24,000 bases of DNA, from assembly GCF_032104385.1 (NCBI RefSeq), contig NZ_DAMCHJ010000012.1:37751-61750 (forward strand), given 5' to 3'. Shown one piece after another: positions 9,338 through 17,775 of the stretch. This DNA comes from Tissierella sp. (GTDB lineage: Bacteria; Bacillota; Clostridia; Tissierellales; Tissierellaceae). The notes under the pieces were generated by a model. It was given only the letters and a program-made list of their open reading frames with translations, searched no databases and was not told where the DNA came from. The first letter of the stretch is position 1, and each line of letters opens with the position of its first letter. The position numbers and the translations under genes were made by a program.

Positions 9338-10522
9338 TTACCAGGGGAATGTTAGGAAAAATCTTATTATAAGTGCGAACAAAAATATAAAGAATACTAA
9401 CATTTGAGGTTTACCTATTTCTGGTTTCTTTATTATTGCTTCAAATTTGCTACTACCCTCTAAATCTGTTTTAAATAATATTTTATCCTCATATATTTCC
9501 TTAATTACCTTGTATGTTTCTCCTAATGACTTAATTTCTAACCTATAAGCATTAAAAATAAAAATTAAAGCAACAATAAACATTAACAAAACTATGCCTT
9601 TCTTAGCTCCGTCTGAAAATAAAAGATATGGGATTATATCTTCTCCTTTATAGTTAACTATTATATTGAAAAGCTCCAATCCTAAATAACCTAGCCAAGC
9701 AAAAAATGTAAGATTTAGTGTCCTAAGAGAGGTGTTTTCATTCTTTGATAAAATTAGAAAATCATCTTTTAGTTGGTTTAATTGTTCAAAATATTCATTG
9801 GTTTTTTGGGAAACTATTCGTTTGTAAGCTAATTTACTATCCTCAAGCACTCCTTTAACATCTTTAATGTCATTTTTATTAATTATCACTTGCCTGACAA
9901 CTTGAAGTTTTACATTATATGATTCCTCATATTCTTCTTCATTAAATATCCAATCATAAATAGGATACAAATGTAATGGCTTAGAATCAATAATATTTAG
10001 TTTAACCTTGTAATTTTTATCTTCAATTCTAAATTCTGTTTCTACTTCTTCTGCGTTATAATTACTTGCAGTTGCAAGAGCAAAAAGAATCAATATATCT
10101 ATAAATAGAGTGGATTTAAAATTGTTGTTATCGAGAGCCTCATTCAGTACATTTACAGAAATTGGAAAATTTCTAATATCAGCATCTATCTTGTTTTCTT
10201 TTATTATTTTTTCATAAACCTTCTTATCTTTCGCTGTAACTTCAATACCTCGAAAATCTTCAATGTTAGATATGTAAACTTGACTTAATTTATTATAATC
10301 CTTTTGTGAATATTTTGTAATTATCGTGGACAAATTTTTAGACTGATCAATGAATTTATCTTCTAATATATAGTAAGACTCTTGATTTTCTAATGTGTAT
10401 TCTGAACCGTCTTTCCGTAAAGGTATTTCTCTATTTTTTAAAATATGGATTAATGAAGCATTCTCATCAATTTTAGAATCTATTTTTAGCGAAGTATTCT
10501 TCCAGGATAATAAATCATTCAC
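9338..10522 (-). CDS. Hypothetical membrane-anchored protein (soluble N-terminal ~270 aa, about 3 C-terminal TM helices)
   Basis: 394 aa. Hydrophobic stretches: LTFFAWLGYLGLELFNIIV, IVLLMFIVALIFIFNAY and MLVFFIFLFALIIRFFLTF. Its ATG overlaps the stop of the upstream gene (10515-10522). I recognise no family. Confidence 0.6.
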   Translation of the reverse strand: MNDLLSWKNTSLKIDSKIDENASLIHILKNREIPLRKDGSEYTLENQESYYILEDKFIDQSKNLSTIITKYSQKDYNKLSQVYISNIEDFRGIEVTAKDKKVYEKIIKENKIDADIRNFPISVNVLNEALDNNNFKSTLFIDILILFALATASNYNAEEVETEFRIEDKNYKVKLNIIDSKPLHLYPIYDWIFNEEEYEESYNVKLQVVRQVIINKNDIKDVKGVLEDSKLAYKRIVSQKTNEYFEQLNQLKDDFLILSKNENTSLRTLNLTFFAWLGYLGLELFNIIVNYKGEDIIPYLLFSDGAKKGIVLLMFIVALIFIFNAYRLEIKSLGETYKVIKEIYEDKILFKTDLEGSSKFEAIIKKPEIGKPQMLVFFIFLFALIIRFFLTFPW

Positions 10523-11474
10523 CCCCTAGTTCCTCCTTTACTTTAGCTAAATAGTCATCATCTATCATAATCGTAATTTTTTTATTTTTTTCATCAAAAT
10601 TTAATTCATTATCTCTAAGACTCTCCAAGTAGTTTTTAGTTGTAATTGTTATTTCATCGGAAGTTGAGATTATCCTCTTATATTTATTATTTAGTGCTTT
10701 CTCAGAAATATCAAAATCCGCATCTATACCTTCTGATTCAGCTGAGAATAGTTCATCTTCTTTTTGCAATTCAATTAATCCACTGCTATTCAACTCATTG
10801 AATAAATCAGATTTGTCAAATTTTTTATTATCAAACATATAGTATTCTGTAAACCTTTTTATTTCATCGTAATTTTCTTTTTTAATAATTTCTCGTTGAA
10901 AAAATCTATCTTCCGATATAAGATTTACTACCTCTTTTGTACTATCTTCAGATGTTCGTTTTCTTGTAAGTCCTAAAAATTTTTGATACCAATACTTAGC
11001 AGCAGTCCTATTTTTATCAATTATTTTAATATCACTATAATCCCCTTTAAAAGTACAAACTTTAAAATAATCTTTTTCCTTCCCTAATTCGCTCTTAATT
11101 TCATAGGTATCTTTATCAATCACTGTTAATTTTTCTAATTTCATGATAGTAATGAAATTATTATTAACTTTTATAAATAACAACCCTTCTCTTATAGTAC
11201 TATTTCTTGTGTAATCTGCTTTACATTCTGCTTTTAACAAATCTTCTGCTATTCTCTTATAATCAAATTCCACCTTATCTAATGACTCATTAAAATAATG
11301 AATTGGACTATCAAGGTAAGTTTCTGACTCTAAATCTAAAAAACAGTTTGTTATTAAATGGGTTTCTTCGCTTAATTCATCAAATATCTTTAATATATTT
11401 TTTTGCTGGTTACCGTCAATCGAATTTGATTTCACTTCTGTACTAATATCAAATACTTTTACAACCAGTGACAT
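10515..11474 (-). CDS. Hypothetical protein with distant resemblance to NdpA/YejK nucleoid-associated protein family
   Basis: 319 aa with a strong RBS (AGGGAGGAAGGG). The by-eye layout resembles the NA37 family: REGLLFIKV..ITIMKLEKL block, KYWYQKFLGL block, and a C-terminal ITIMIDDDYLAKVKEEL block. The assignment is tentative. Confidence 0.55.
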   Translation of the reverse strand: MSLVVKVFDISTEVKSNSIDGNQQKNILKIFDELSEETHLITNCFLDLESETYLDSPIHYFNESLDKVEFDYKRIAEDLLKAECKADYTRNSTIREGLLFIKVNNNFITIMKLEKLTVIDKDTYEIKSELGKEKDYFKVCTFKGDYSDIKIIDKNRTAAKYWYQKFLGLTRKRTSEDSTKEVVNLISEDRFFQREIIKKENYDEIKRFTEYYMFDNKKFDKSDLFNELNSSGLIELQKEDELFSAESEGIDADFDISEKALNNKYKRIISTSDEITITTKNYLESLRDNELNFDEKNKKITIMIDDDYLAKVKEELGGE

Positions 11475-11528
11475 AAATCCCTTCCTCCCTTAATTAGATT
11501 TTTATAGCCACTCACATCTTGATTCCAG

Positions 11529-12137
11529 TTATCGTACTAAAATCAAATCTTGACTTTCAATAAACTCACTATAATAATCTATTATTTGGTACATTGATTT
11601 TATCTTCTCAATTGCAATATATTTATTCATAAAATCATAATCAGGTTTACCATCTTTAGCTGGTAACATAATTTTTTCTCTTTTTATTCTTCTATCGTTA
11701 ATTTCTCTATTAAAAGAATATTTAGTTTCTAAGTTTCTAAGTTTCGTAGCTAAAAATAGATATATGTTTTCTGTAGCTTTATCTATCTTTAAAGCAGTTA
11801 TATGGTCACTTCCTATAAATTCATACTTATGGTAAAAAGTAGAACCTACGGAACCACTATTAGCTATAGTTAAACAATCGTTAAAAACTCTAACTTTATC
11901 AGTATTGCCTATAAAATTATCTAGTCCATTATTAAGTCCTGTTGAAGAAATATATGGAATATCCCCTTCAAACTGTTCTCTTTTTGTAAGTCGTCTTCCT
12001 CTCTGTATTAGATTAAATACATCATCAAGATAAAATTCTTTCCAATCTATACTTTCTAAATTAAATTCTAATCCCTTACAAATGGCTAACTTATATATAT
12101 ATATATATATAGTCAAGCACTTTAGAGGCTGTTTCAT
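11529..12137 (-). CDS. Single-TRD HsdS-like specificity cassette (half S subunit), lacking a convincing independent start
   Basis: Contains the third copy of the TRD signature (DIPYISSTGLNNGLDNF, NSGSVGSTFYHKYEF) and a C-terminal conserved helix (IIDYYSEFIE). Its only ATG lies 47 nt inside the upstream S gene, without a good RBS. The frame is +1 relative to the upstream S gene across a (TA)10 tract. Confidence 0.55.
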   Translation of the reverse strand: MKQPLKCLTIYIYIYKLAICKGLEFNLESIDWKEFYLDDVFNLIQRGRRLTKREQFEGDIPYISSTGLNNGLDNFIGNTDKVRVFNDCLTIANSGSVGSTFYHKYEFIGSDHITALKIDKATENIYLFLATKLRNLETKYSFNREINDRRIKREKIMLPAKDGKPDYDFMNKYIAIEKIKSMYQIIDYYSEFIESQDLILVR

Positions 12138-13203
12138 GCTCTAAATTTTTAATAAAATCTGTCATGTATTTCCAGTTCGGATTACCATTTTCTTCTGATG
12201 GAAGAAGAATCTTTGCATTTTTTAGTCTATTTCCATTAAAATGTATTCCATAAGAGGCTTTTACTTTTGACACCTTTTCTATAGCACTACATAAAAATTT
12301 ACTATTATGATTATTTAAGTTATCATTATAAAGCAAATTTATTGAAGAGCCACTAAATCCTCTACCTACAAAGTCATAATCATGATAGAAAGTTGTCCCG
12401 CCTACAGGATCAACTGATATGGCACTTCTTTTACTTATATCTGATTCTATAGCATTTACAAAGTTGGTAATTCCATTATTTTCTGAAGATGTAGTTACAT
12501 AGGGAATATTGCCATTCTCATAATTATTGATTGGTTTGCCCTCTACTCTTTTTACATCAAAAATCTCATCAATTTGAAACAGATTCCATTCTACTTCTTT
12601 TAAATCTAATAATATACTAGCTTCATCAATAAGTTTTTGTTCATAATAATCTATAACTTTTTCAGCTTGAGATTTTAATTCTTGCTTGGCATAATCCTCC
12701 ATGAATCTCCAATTAGGCTCATTATTATCATTAATAGGGAGTAGGATTTTTGACCTTCTCATTCTTTTAGGACGCCATTTTTTACCATATTCATAAGATT
12801 TACCTGTTTTCTCTAGCATTACAATTAGAAAAAAGGCTATATACTTATTAAGTTCATAGTTTTTAAGATATACAGGAGTGATATCATGACTGCAAGTAAA
12901 TAAATCCTCTTGATAAAATGCATGACCCACCGACCCGTTGTTTGTTATTGCTATACAATTTCCAGAAAACAATCTTTCATCAATATTGTTATTTGTTTTA
13001 TTTCCAACCTTATCCCATGTTAGTATTGTATCTTTGGAATAAAATTCTGATACACCGTTGTTATAAGCAGTGGCACTAAGGAATGGGATCTTGCCATTCT
13101 TTTCTGCGGGAGGCTTTTTATTATAATATCCATCTACTATTTCAAAAATATCAATCATATTAAATTCTTTCCACCCAACGCTATTTAACTTTAACCTATT
13201 CAT
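12091..13203 (-). CDS. HsdS-like specificity subunit with two target-recognition domains (BcgI-B-like)
   Basis: Two paralogous TRDs (KIPFLSATAYNNGVSEF / NIPYVTTSSENNGITNF; NNGSVGHAFYQ / VGGTTFYHDYDF) are separated by a helical spacer. Start at MNRLKL (ATG 13203) overlaps the stop of the upstream gene (ATGAATAG). Confidence 0.8.
   Translation of the reverse strand: MNRLKLNSVGWKEFNMIDIFEIVDGYYNKKPPAEKNGKIPFLSATAYNNGVSEFYSKDTILTWDKVGNKTNNNIDERLFSGNCIAITNNGSVGHAFYQEDLFTCSHDITPVYLKNYELNKYIAFFLIVMLEKTGKSYEYGKKWRPKRMRRSKILLPINDNNEPNWRFMEDYAKQELKSQAEKVIDYYEQKLIDEASILLDLKEVEWNLFQIDEIFDVKRVEGKPINNYENGNIPYVTTSSENNGITNFVNAIESDISKRSAISVDPVGGTTFYHDYDFVGRGFSGSSINLLYNDNLNNHNSKFLCSAIEKVSKVKASYGIHFNGNRLKNAKILLPSEENGNPNWKYMTDFIKNLEHETASKVLDYIYIYI
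12092..12111. repeat. (TA)10 dinucleotide simple-sequence repeat at the junction of two S-subunit reading frames
   Basis: tatatatatatatatatata. It encodes YIYIYI-stop in the upstream S frame and IYIYIY in the downstream frame. Confidence 0.95.
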
Positions 13204-15172
13204 AACCTTCACCATCTTCAGCAGCATAAGGTTGATTAATATCTTGAATTATATCTTTCTCAATTTGGTCCTCCAGTCCAAATAAATATCCTCTACCATG
13301 AGTAATCATATTTACTTCAAAGGTTAGATAATCAGCTATAGTATTTTTAAAATCTTCTTCTGATGGTATCTCATCATTAAAATAATAGAATGAGTGTAGC
13401 CATTCATCGTCTGCTTCTATAGTAGTCTCTACACAAAATTTAGTTTGAGACTCTATTCTATTAAACCATACATCTAGTAGATGTTGCTTTTTATCCTTTG
13501 CTGAAGTAGTTTCTATTAGTCCAATATGCTTTGAAACTTTATAACCATCCTCTTCAAAGTTTATAAACTTACACAGTTTATCTTCTCTATGAGGTACTCC
13601 GGATGTAAAAATTGCTATACAGGGATTGACACCAACCCCATAAAAAGTATCTTTGTTTAAGGTTATAACTCCTTCCAAAGTATGTTTTTTTAATATATTT
13701 TCTTTTATTTCTTTTTCCACTTTTGTTTTGCCTGTTACAGAAGATTGAGGGATAATTACTGCAGCTCTTCCTCCTTCTACAAGTGAGTCTAAAAGATGTT
13801 CAGTAAAAGCTATCTCATATAAATCTTTATTCCTGGAAGATCCCTGAGAATATGGAGGGTTCATCATACCAACTGTACATTGTTTTAATTGAAGTTTATT
13901 AGGATTTTCTTTTAGAAAATCATGATTCTCTAGATTGCTTTTGCCGTCTCCACGGATAATCATATTAGTCGTCGCTATGGTGAACATGTATGATTGAATT
14001 TCATTTCCAAATAATCTATTCTTTCTGATATCTTCAATTTTTCTTTCATCATCTGTCTGCTTTATCATATGATGCATGGCAGAAATCAAAAATCCTGCCG
14101 TACCACAACACGGGTCTAGTACACGGTCATTTGGCTTAATGTCTACCAATTCACAAAATAAATCTGTGATGTGTCTTGGTGTTAAAACTATCCCCAATGT
14201 CTGTCCATCCCCGCCAGAATAGCTCATAAATTCCCCATAAAATCTGCCTAAATAATCTTCTGAACTTGATATTCTATTTATTGTTTTAAATATATTATTA
14301 TTTATAAATTCTGTATAATGTTTTATTGGAGTTTTTCCAAGTGTTGAATCAATTTCATTTATTTTTGTTGTATCCTTTATTACTAAAAACTGACTCAAAA
14401 GTTTGTCCCTCTTAACTTCAGGTGATACATTTACCCTTTTTAAATGATCATCTATAGCTTTATATATCTTATTACCATCTGTATTTATTTGATCTCCATT
14501 TAAAGTCTTTTCTACTGATATATTATTACGTTCGAATTCTCTTAGTGCTAAAAGTATTCCTGATACTATTAAAGGCTTATCTTTATCTTGTATTGACCCA
14601 TAGTTTCTTAAATCTTCATGAAGTTCTGCAGCATCTTTAAGTATTTCTTTAGTTTCTTTTTCTTCACTAGTTGGCTCTTTTAAGACCTCTCTTAGATAAT
14701 ATTCTTCTATATTTTCTTCATTAAATAAAATGAAACTTTCTATCTCATCTAGTTCAGTATAATTTTCTCTTTCATCTATAAATAAAGGAGTTATCCTATG
14801 TCTTTTTTCATTTCCTGATACCCCAATCGCTATTATTTTTTTATAAGAAGTATTTTTTGCAAGATGTTTTCCATAAAATAATGCTCCATTAACTGCATAG
14901 TTAATGTTTGAATCTACTGTTTCACATATTAGATTTTTATCATTTCTTTTCTCGTGAAAATATGTAGTAGCCTTATTTTCTATTACGATTAAAAAGTCTT
15001 TTACTACTCCTACATATTCAGGAAATCCAACTTTCCCAGTACCTCTTTTAGATGATGTTTGTAATGCTTTATGTACTTCTTTTATATTAGAACCTTGGGC
15101 TGAAAGTTTTATATCTGCTTCCTTTAACAAATCATAAACCCAAAGATCTGTATTTGCTTCTAACTTTGCCAT
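13196..15172 (-). CDS. Fused PD-(D/E)xK endonuclease / gamma-class N6-adenine DNA methyltransferase (BcgI-A-like type IIB R-M catalytic subunit)
   Basis: 658 aa. N-terminus has P51-E52-X12-E65-N-K67 (GFPEYVGVVKDFLIVIENK). SAM motif I VLDPCCGTAGFL lies at about residue 350, roughly 150 aa later than in a plain HsdM. Motif IV is MNPPYS. No hsdR gene lies within the island. Confidence 0.7.
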   Translation of the reverse strand: MAKLEANTDLWVYDLLKEADIKLSAQGSNIKEVHKALQTSSKRGTGKVGFPEYVGVVKDFLIVIENKATTYFHEKRNDKNLICETVDSNINYAVNGALFYGKHLAKNTSYKKIIAIGVSGNEKRHRITPLFIDERENYTELDEIESFILFNEENIEEYYLREVLKEPTSEEKETKEILKDAAELHEDLRNYGSIQDKDKPLIVSGILLALREFERNNISVEKTLNGDQINTDGNKIYKAIDDHLKRVNVSPEVKRDKLLSQFLVIKDTTKINEIDSTLGKTPIKHYTEFINNNIFKTINRISSSEDYLGRFYGEFMSYSGGDGQTLGIVLTPRHITDLFCELVDIKPNDRVLDPCCGTAGFLISAMHHMIKQTDDERKIEDIRKNRLFGNEIQSYMFTIATTNMIIRGDGKSNLENHDFLKENPNKLQLKQCTVGMMNPPYSQGSSRNKDLYEIAFTEHLLDSLVEGGRAAVIIPQSSVTGKTKVEKEIKENILKKHTLEGVITLNKDTFYGVGVNPCIAIFTSGVPHREDKLCKFINFEEDGYKVSKHIGLIETTSAKDKKQHLLDVWFNRIESQTKFCVETTIEADDEWLHSFYYFNDEIPSEEDFKNTIADYLTFEVNMITHGRGYLFGLEDQIEKDIIQDINQPYAAEDGEGYE

Positions 15173-15269
15173 TGCTTATACCTCTCTTTTTTTATTCTAT
15201 ACTTTAATTGAATTTCTGTCTTCTCTTCATTATTTCTTTAATATTACATCTTAAATATATTTAATTTAT

Positions 15270-15485
15270 CTATTTTACATATTCCATAATATCTTCTATA
15301 TCACAGCCTAAAACATAGCAAATTTTTGCTATGGTAGCTAAATCTAATCTCTTAACTTTATTGTTGCAATATGAATTGAGCTGAGTTCTCTGTAAATTGG
15401 CTTCCTTTTCTAATTTGTTTTTACTTATGTTTTTCTCTTCTAAAACCTGATCAATTTTAAAAATCACTCTTCCAAAATCTTGCAT
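15270..15485 (-). CDS. Small XRE/Cro-type HTH regulator, candidate R-M controller (C) protein
   Basis: 71 aa. HTH region ISKNKLEKEANLQRTQLNSYCNNK. RBS AAAGGAGA. It lies immediately upstream of the R-M catalytic gene, in the same orientation. Confidence 0.65.
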   Translation of the reverse strand: MQDFGRVIFKIDQVLEEKNISKNKLEKEANLQRTQLNSYCNNKVKRLDLATIAKICYVLGCDIEDIMEYVK

Positions 15486-15592
15486 CTTTTTATCTCCTTT
15501 TGATATTTAAAGATAAGTTTATTTCTCCCTATTTCAAAATCATTATTAAGACAATTATATCAGACTTGGTTTCTTTTTACACCTGTAAGAAG

Positions 15593-15937
15593 TTATTTTA
15601 TATATTTTCTTACCAAGATATTTTGTATATTCATTATCTCTTTCGATATATTATCATTCTCTTTTTTTAAATCCTCAATATCTTCTCTGTAAATTATTCC
15701 TGTAGTATTTACTCTTTTCGCAATCTGATTAATGTTGCCAGAGTTCTTCCCTATAAGAGTTTGTAGTCTTCTAAAAACATTCATATCTATTACAAATATA
15801 GGCGCCTCCATAACGCATTTCCTTATAAAGTGTCCCATGGATTTTGACTTGCTAAGTTCAAGTTTTTTCTTGAAAATTTCTTTTTCTTCTTTAGTCAACT
15901 TGATTTCAATTCTTTCATTCCTATATCTATTAGTCAT
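15593..15937 (-). CDS. MobC-family mobilisation (relaxosome accessory) protein, RHH-type
   Basis: 114 aa. N-terminal RIEIKLTKEEKEIFKKK RHH-like strand-helix, and a GNINQIAKRVN motif characteristic of the MobC family (NxNQIAr). RBS AAAGGAGAAG. Confidence 0.65.
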   Translation of the reverse strand: MTNRYRNERIEIKLTKEEKEIFKKKLELSKSKSMGHFIRKCVMEAPIFVIDMNVFRRLQTLIGKNSGNINQIAKRVNTTGIIYREDIEDLKKENDNISKEIMNIQNILVRKYIK

Positions 15938-15974
15938 ATTCTTCTCCTTTACTTTTATATTTTTAACTAGGGTC

Positions 15975-16086
15975 TTAGGGGTTTCCCCTAAATCTTTCTG
16001 ATAAGAACAAGTAGAAAATTGAGTAGAATAAAGCGAACCTTGAGGTCAGCTTTATTCTATTTTCTCGTAAGTGTCCGTACACTTAC
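15975..16086. promoter_or_regulatory. Cluster of three inverted repeats; candidate oriT/ori structural elements or terminator
   Basis: IR1 is ttagggg-ttt-cccctaa (15975-15991). IR2 is tagaataaagc-N14-gctttattcta (16024-16059). IR3 is gtaagtgt-ccgt-acacttac (16067-16086). All lie in the 375-bp noncoding gap between the helicase and MobC-like genes. Confidence 0.4.
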
Positions 16087-16295
16087 TGTGCTTGCTACTA
16101 AGGTTTTTAAATTTAAGCTAGAAATTCCCATTACTATACTTTTTTATGAAATATGCACAGAAAGAAAGTGTAACTGTAACCTACTATTTCAAAAGTCCTC
16201 AAATAAGGCATTGATTCTTATCTTGATTCCTACAAGCCTTGATATTACTAGACTTCCATTTCTACCAGCCTGATTCTAAAGGTTTTGAAAACTTG

Positions 16296-16325
16296 GTTAC
16301 AAGTTACAAGGTTACAAAATTACAA
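16296..16325. repeat. Four tandem (G/A)TTACAA heptamers (iteron-like) spanning the helicase stop codon
   Basis: gttacaa at 16296, 16303 and 16311, and attacaa at 16319 (spacing 7, 8, 8). Nearby, three TTGAT(T/A) repeats occur at 16211, 16223 and 16239. Confidence 0.6.
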
Positions 16326-17775
16326 TTTTATTATCTTTTGCATTCTCTCCTGTGTCCATTTCTATTTGCTCTGGTTCTTGCCATTCTTTTGGTAAATCAT
16401 TATTATTAACTTCCATAAAGTCATTTTCTTTCTTTTCTCCTCTTTCATAATAAAGTTTTACTGGTATAGATATTCCACTAGGAGCAATACGTTTAGTTTT
16501 TGATGAACGAACTGCCTTCCACTCCGGAAAATAATTATCCATGATTTCAGAAAAAGATTTTGATTTAATCCCATAGCCTTGCATAGATAATTCCTTAAAG
16601 CAAGTTATATTTGGTTCTTGTGTTTTTGCTTTATACTCTTCTAAAAAATACCTAATATCTTCAACATCTGGATTTAGATACTTAAACTTTTCTTGTTCTT
16701 GGTAGAGATCCTCAAGGAGGTTTTTTGGTATGGTCCAGGAATGTTTCTTCTCTTTATAAAGTTTATATCCATAGGCAAGGGCCTGGTTAAAATCTTCTCG
16801 AATAGAATCTAAATATTCTTTTTCTGATTCTTTACCTTGAAAATCCTTGTCGAGATAAATGGCCTTCTTCCTGTTTTCCTTGTGACATTCTATAGGTAAA
16901 TACCTTCTCTCTCCTGTGTGGTCATTTAAAAAAGTTCTTTCATTTAATGTTCCAATTAAAATACAAGTCCTAGGAACATCGGTTGAAAATTTCTCATAAG
17001 GGATTCTTATCCTATCGCTTAATTTAGATAAAAATGATTTTGCTTCATTGGCAGACTTTGCATTTCTTAAGGCTACAAATTCTTCAATTTCTACTACTGT
17101 CTTGCCCATTAGGTTCATTACTGCATCTTTACCTTGAATATTTTCTATAGTGCAAAACCAATCATCTTTTATGGCCAAGTATCTAGCAAAGGTAGATTTT
17201 CCTATTCCCTGACCACCTACTAAAACCATCATTTCATCAAACTTAGATCCTGGTTCAAAGACTCTTTTAACTAAACCTAAAATCATATGCTCCATAATCC
17301 AGGCATTTAATTCTGTATCATCAGCTCCTAGATAAATTGGTAGGAGTTTAGCTATTGCATTTGTGCCTCCCTTCCAAGTTAAGCTTTTTAGATATTGTTT
17401 TGGTGGACTTATTTCATACTGATGGGCAACAAAGCGAACTGCATCCCACATTTTATTGGCATTATAATTAAGTCCAAAATGCTTTTCTATTTCAAGTCCT
17501 AACCTGTTATTTAATGAATCATCCCATAGTCTTATTTGATTTGGCTTTATGCCTTTTTCCCCTATAATCTTACCTTGAAATTTAATCTCATTGGTAAATT
17601 TATCATAGAAGATTTGTCCTTCATATATTTTCTTAGCCTTACAATATTTTTGGTTAAGGAGTACTGTGACAATATTTCCTGTAATTTGCTTTACATTACC
17701 TTTTACTGTCTTCTGTAAATCGATTAAAGAATAGGACTGGTCTATTTCAGAAAAAGCTAGTTTAAACTCTTTCAT
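16312..17775 (-). CDS. VirE / D5-like P-loop replicative helicase family protein
   Basis: Walker A GGQGIGKST in the middle of a ~490-aa protein, immediately downstream of and overlapping a Prim-Pol gene. The preferred start is MKEFKL (ATG 17775); the ORF-track start at 17838 lies deep inside the upstream gene. Confidence 0.75.
   Translation of the reverse strand: MKEFKLAFSEIDQSYSLIDLQKTVKGNVKQITGNIVTVLLNQKYCKAKKIYEGQIFYDKFTNEIKFQGKIIGEKGIKPNQIRLWDDSLNNRLGLEIEKHFGLNYNANKMWDAVRFVAHQYEISPPKQYLKSLTWKGGTNAIAKLLPIYLGADDTELNAWIMEHMILGLVKRVFEPGSKFDEMMVLVGGQGIGKSTFARYLAIKDDWFCTIENIQGKDAVMNLMGKTVVEIEEFVALRNAKSANEAKSFLSKLSDRIRIPYEKFSTDVPRTCILIGTLNERTFLNDHTGERRYLPIECHKENRKKAIYLDKDFQGKESEKEYLDSIREDFNQALAYGYKLYKEKKHSWTIPKNLLEDLYQEQEKFKYLNPDVEDIRYFLEEYKAKTQEPNITCFKELSMQGYGIKSKSFSEIMDNYFPEWKAVRSSKTKRIAPSGISIPVKLYYERGEKKENDFMEVNNNDLPKEWQEPEQIEMDTGENAKDNKIVIL

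Noticed and set aside
11529-15172. Reading the locus as a type I R-M system that has lost hsdR (orphan M+S).
   Set aside because: The M-like protein has an extra ~150-aa N-terminal domain with a PE-X12-ExK nuclease signature. A self-contained type IIB (BcgI-like) system is therefore the more economical reading. This is still unverified without alignment.
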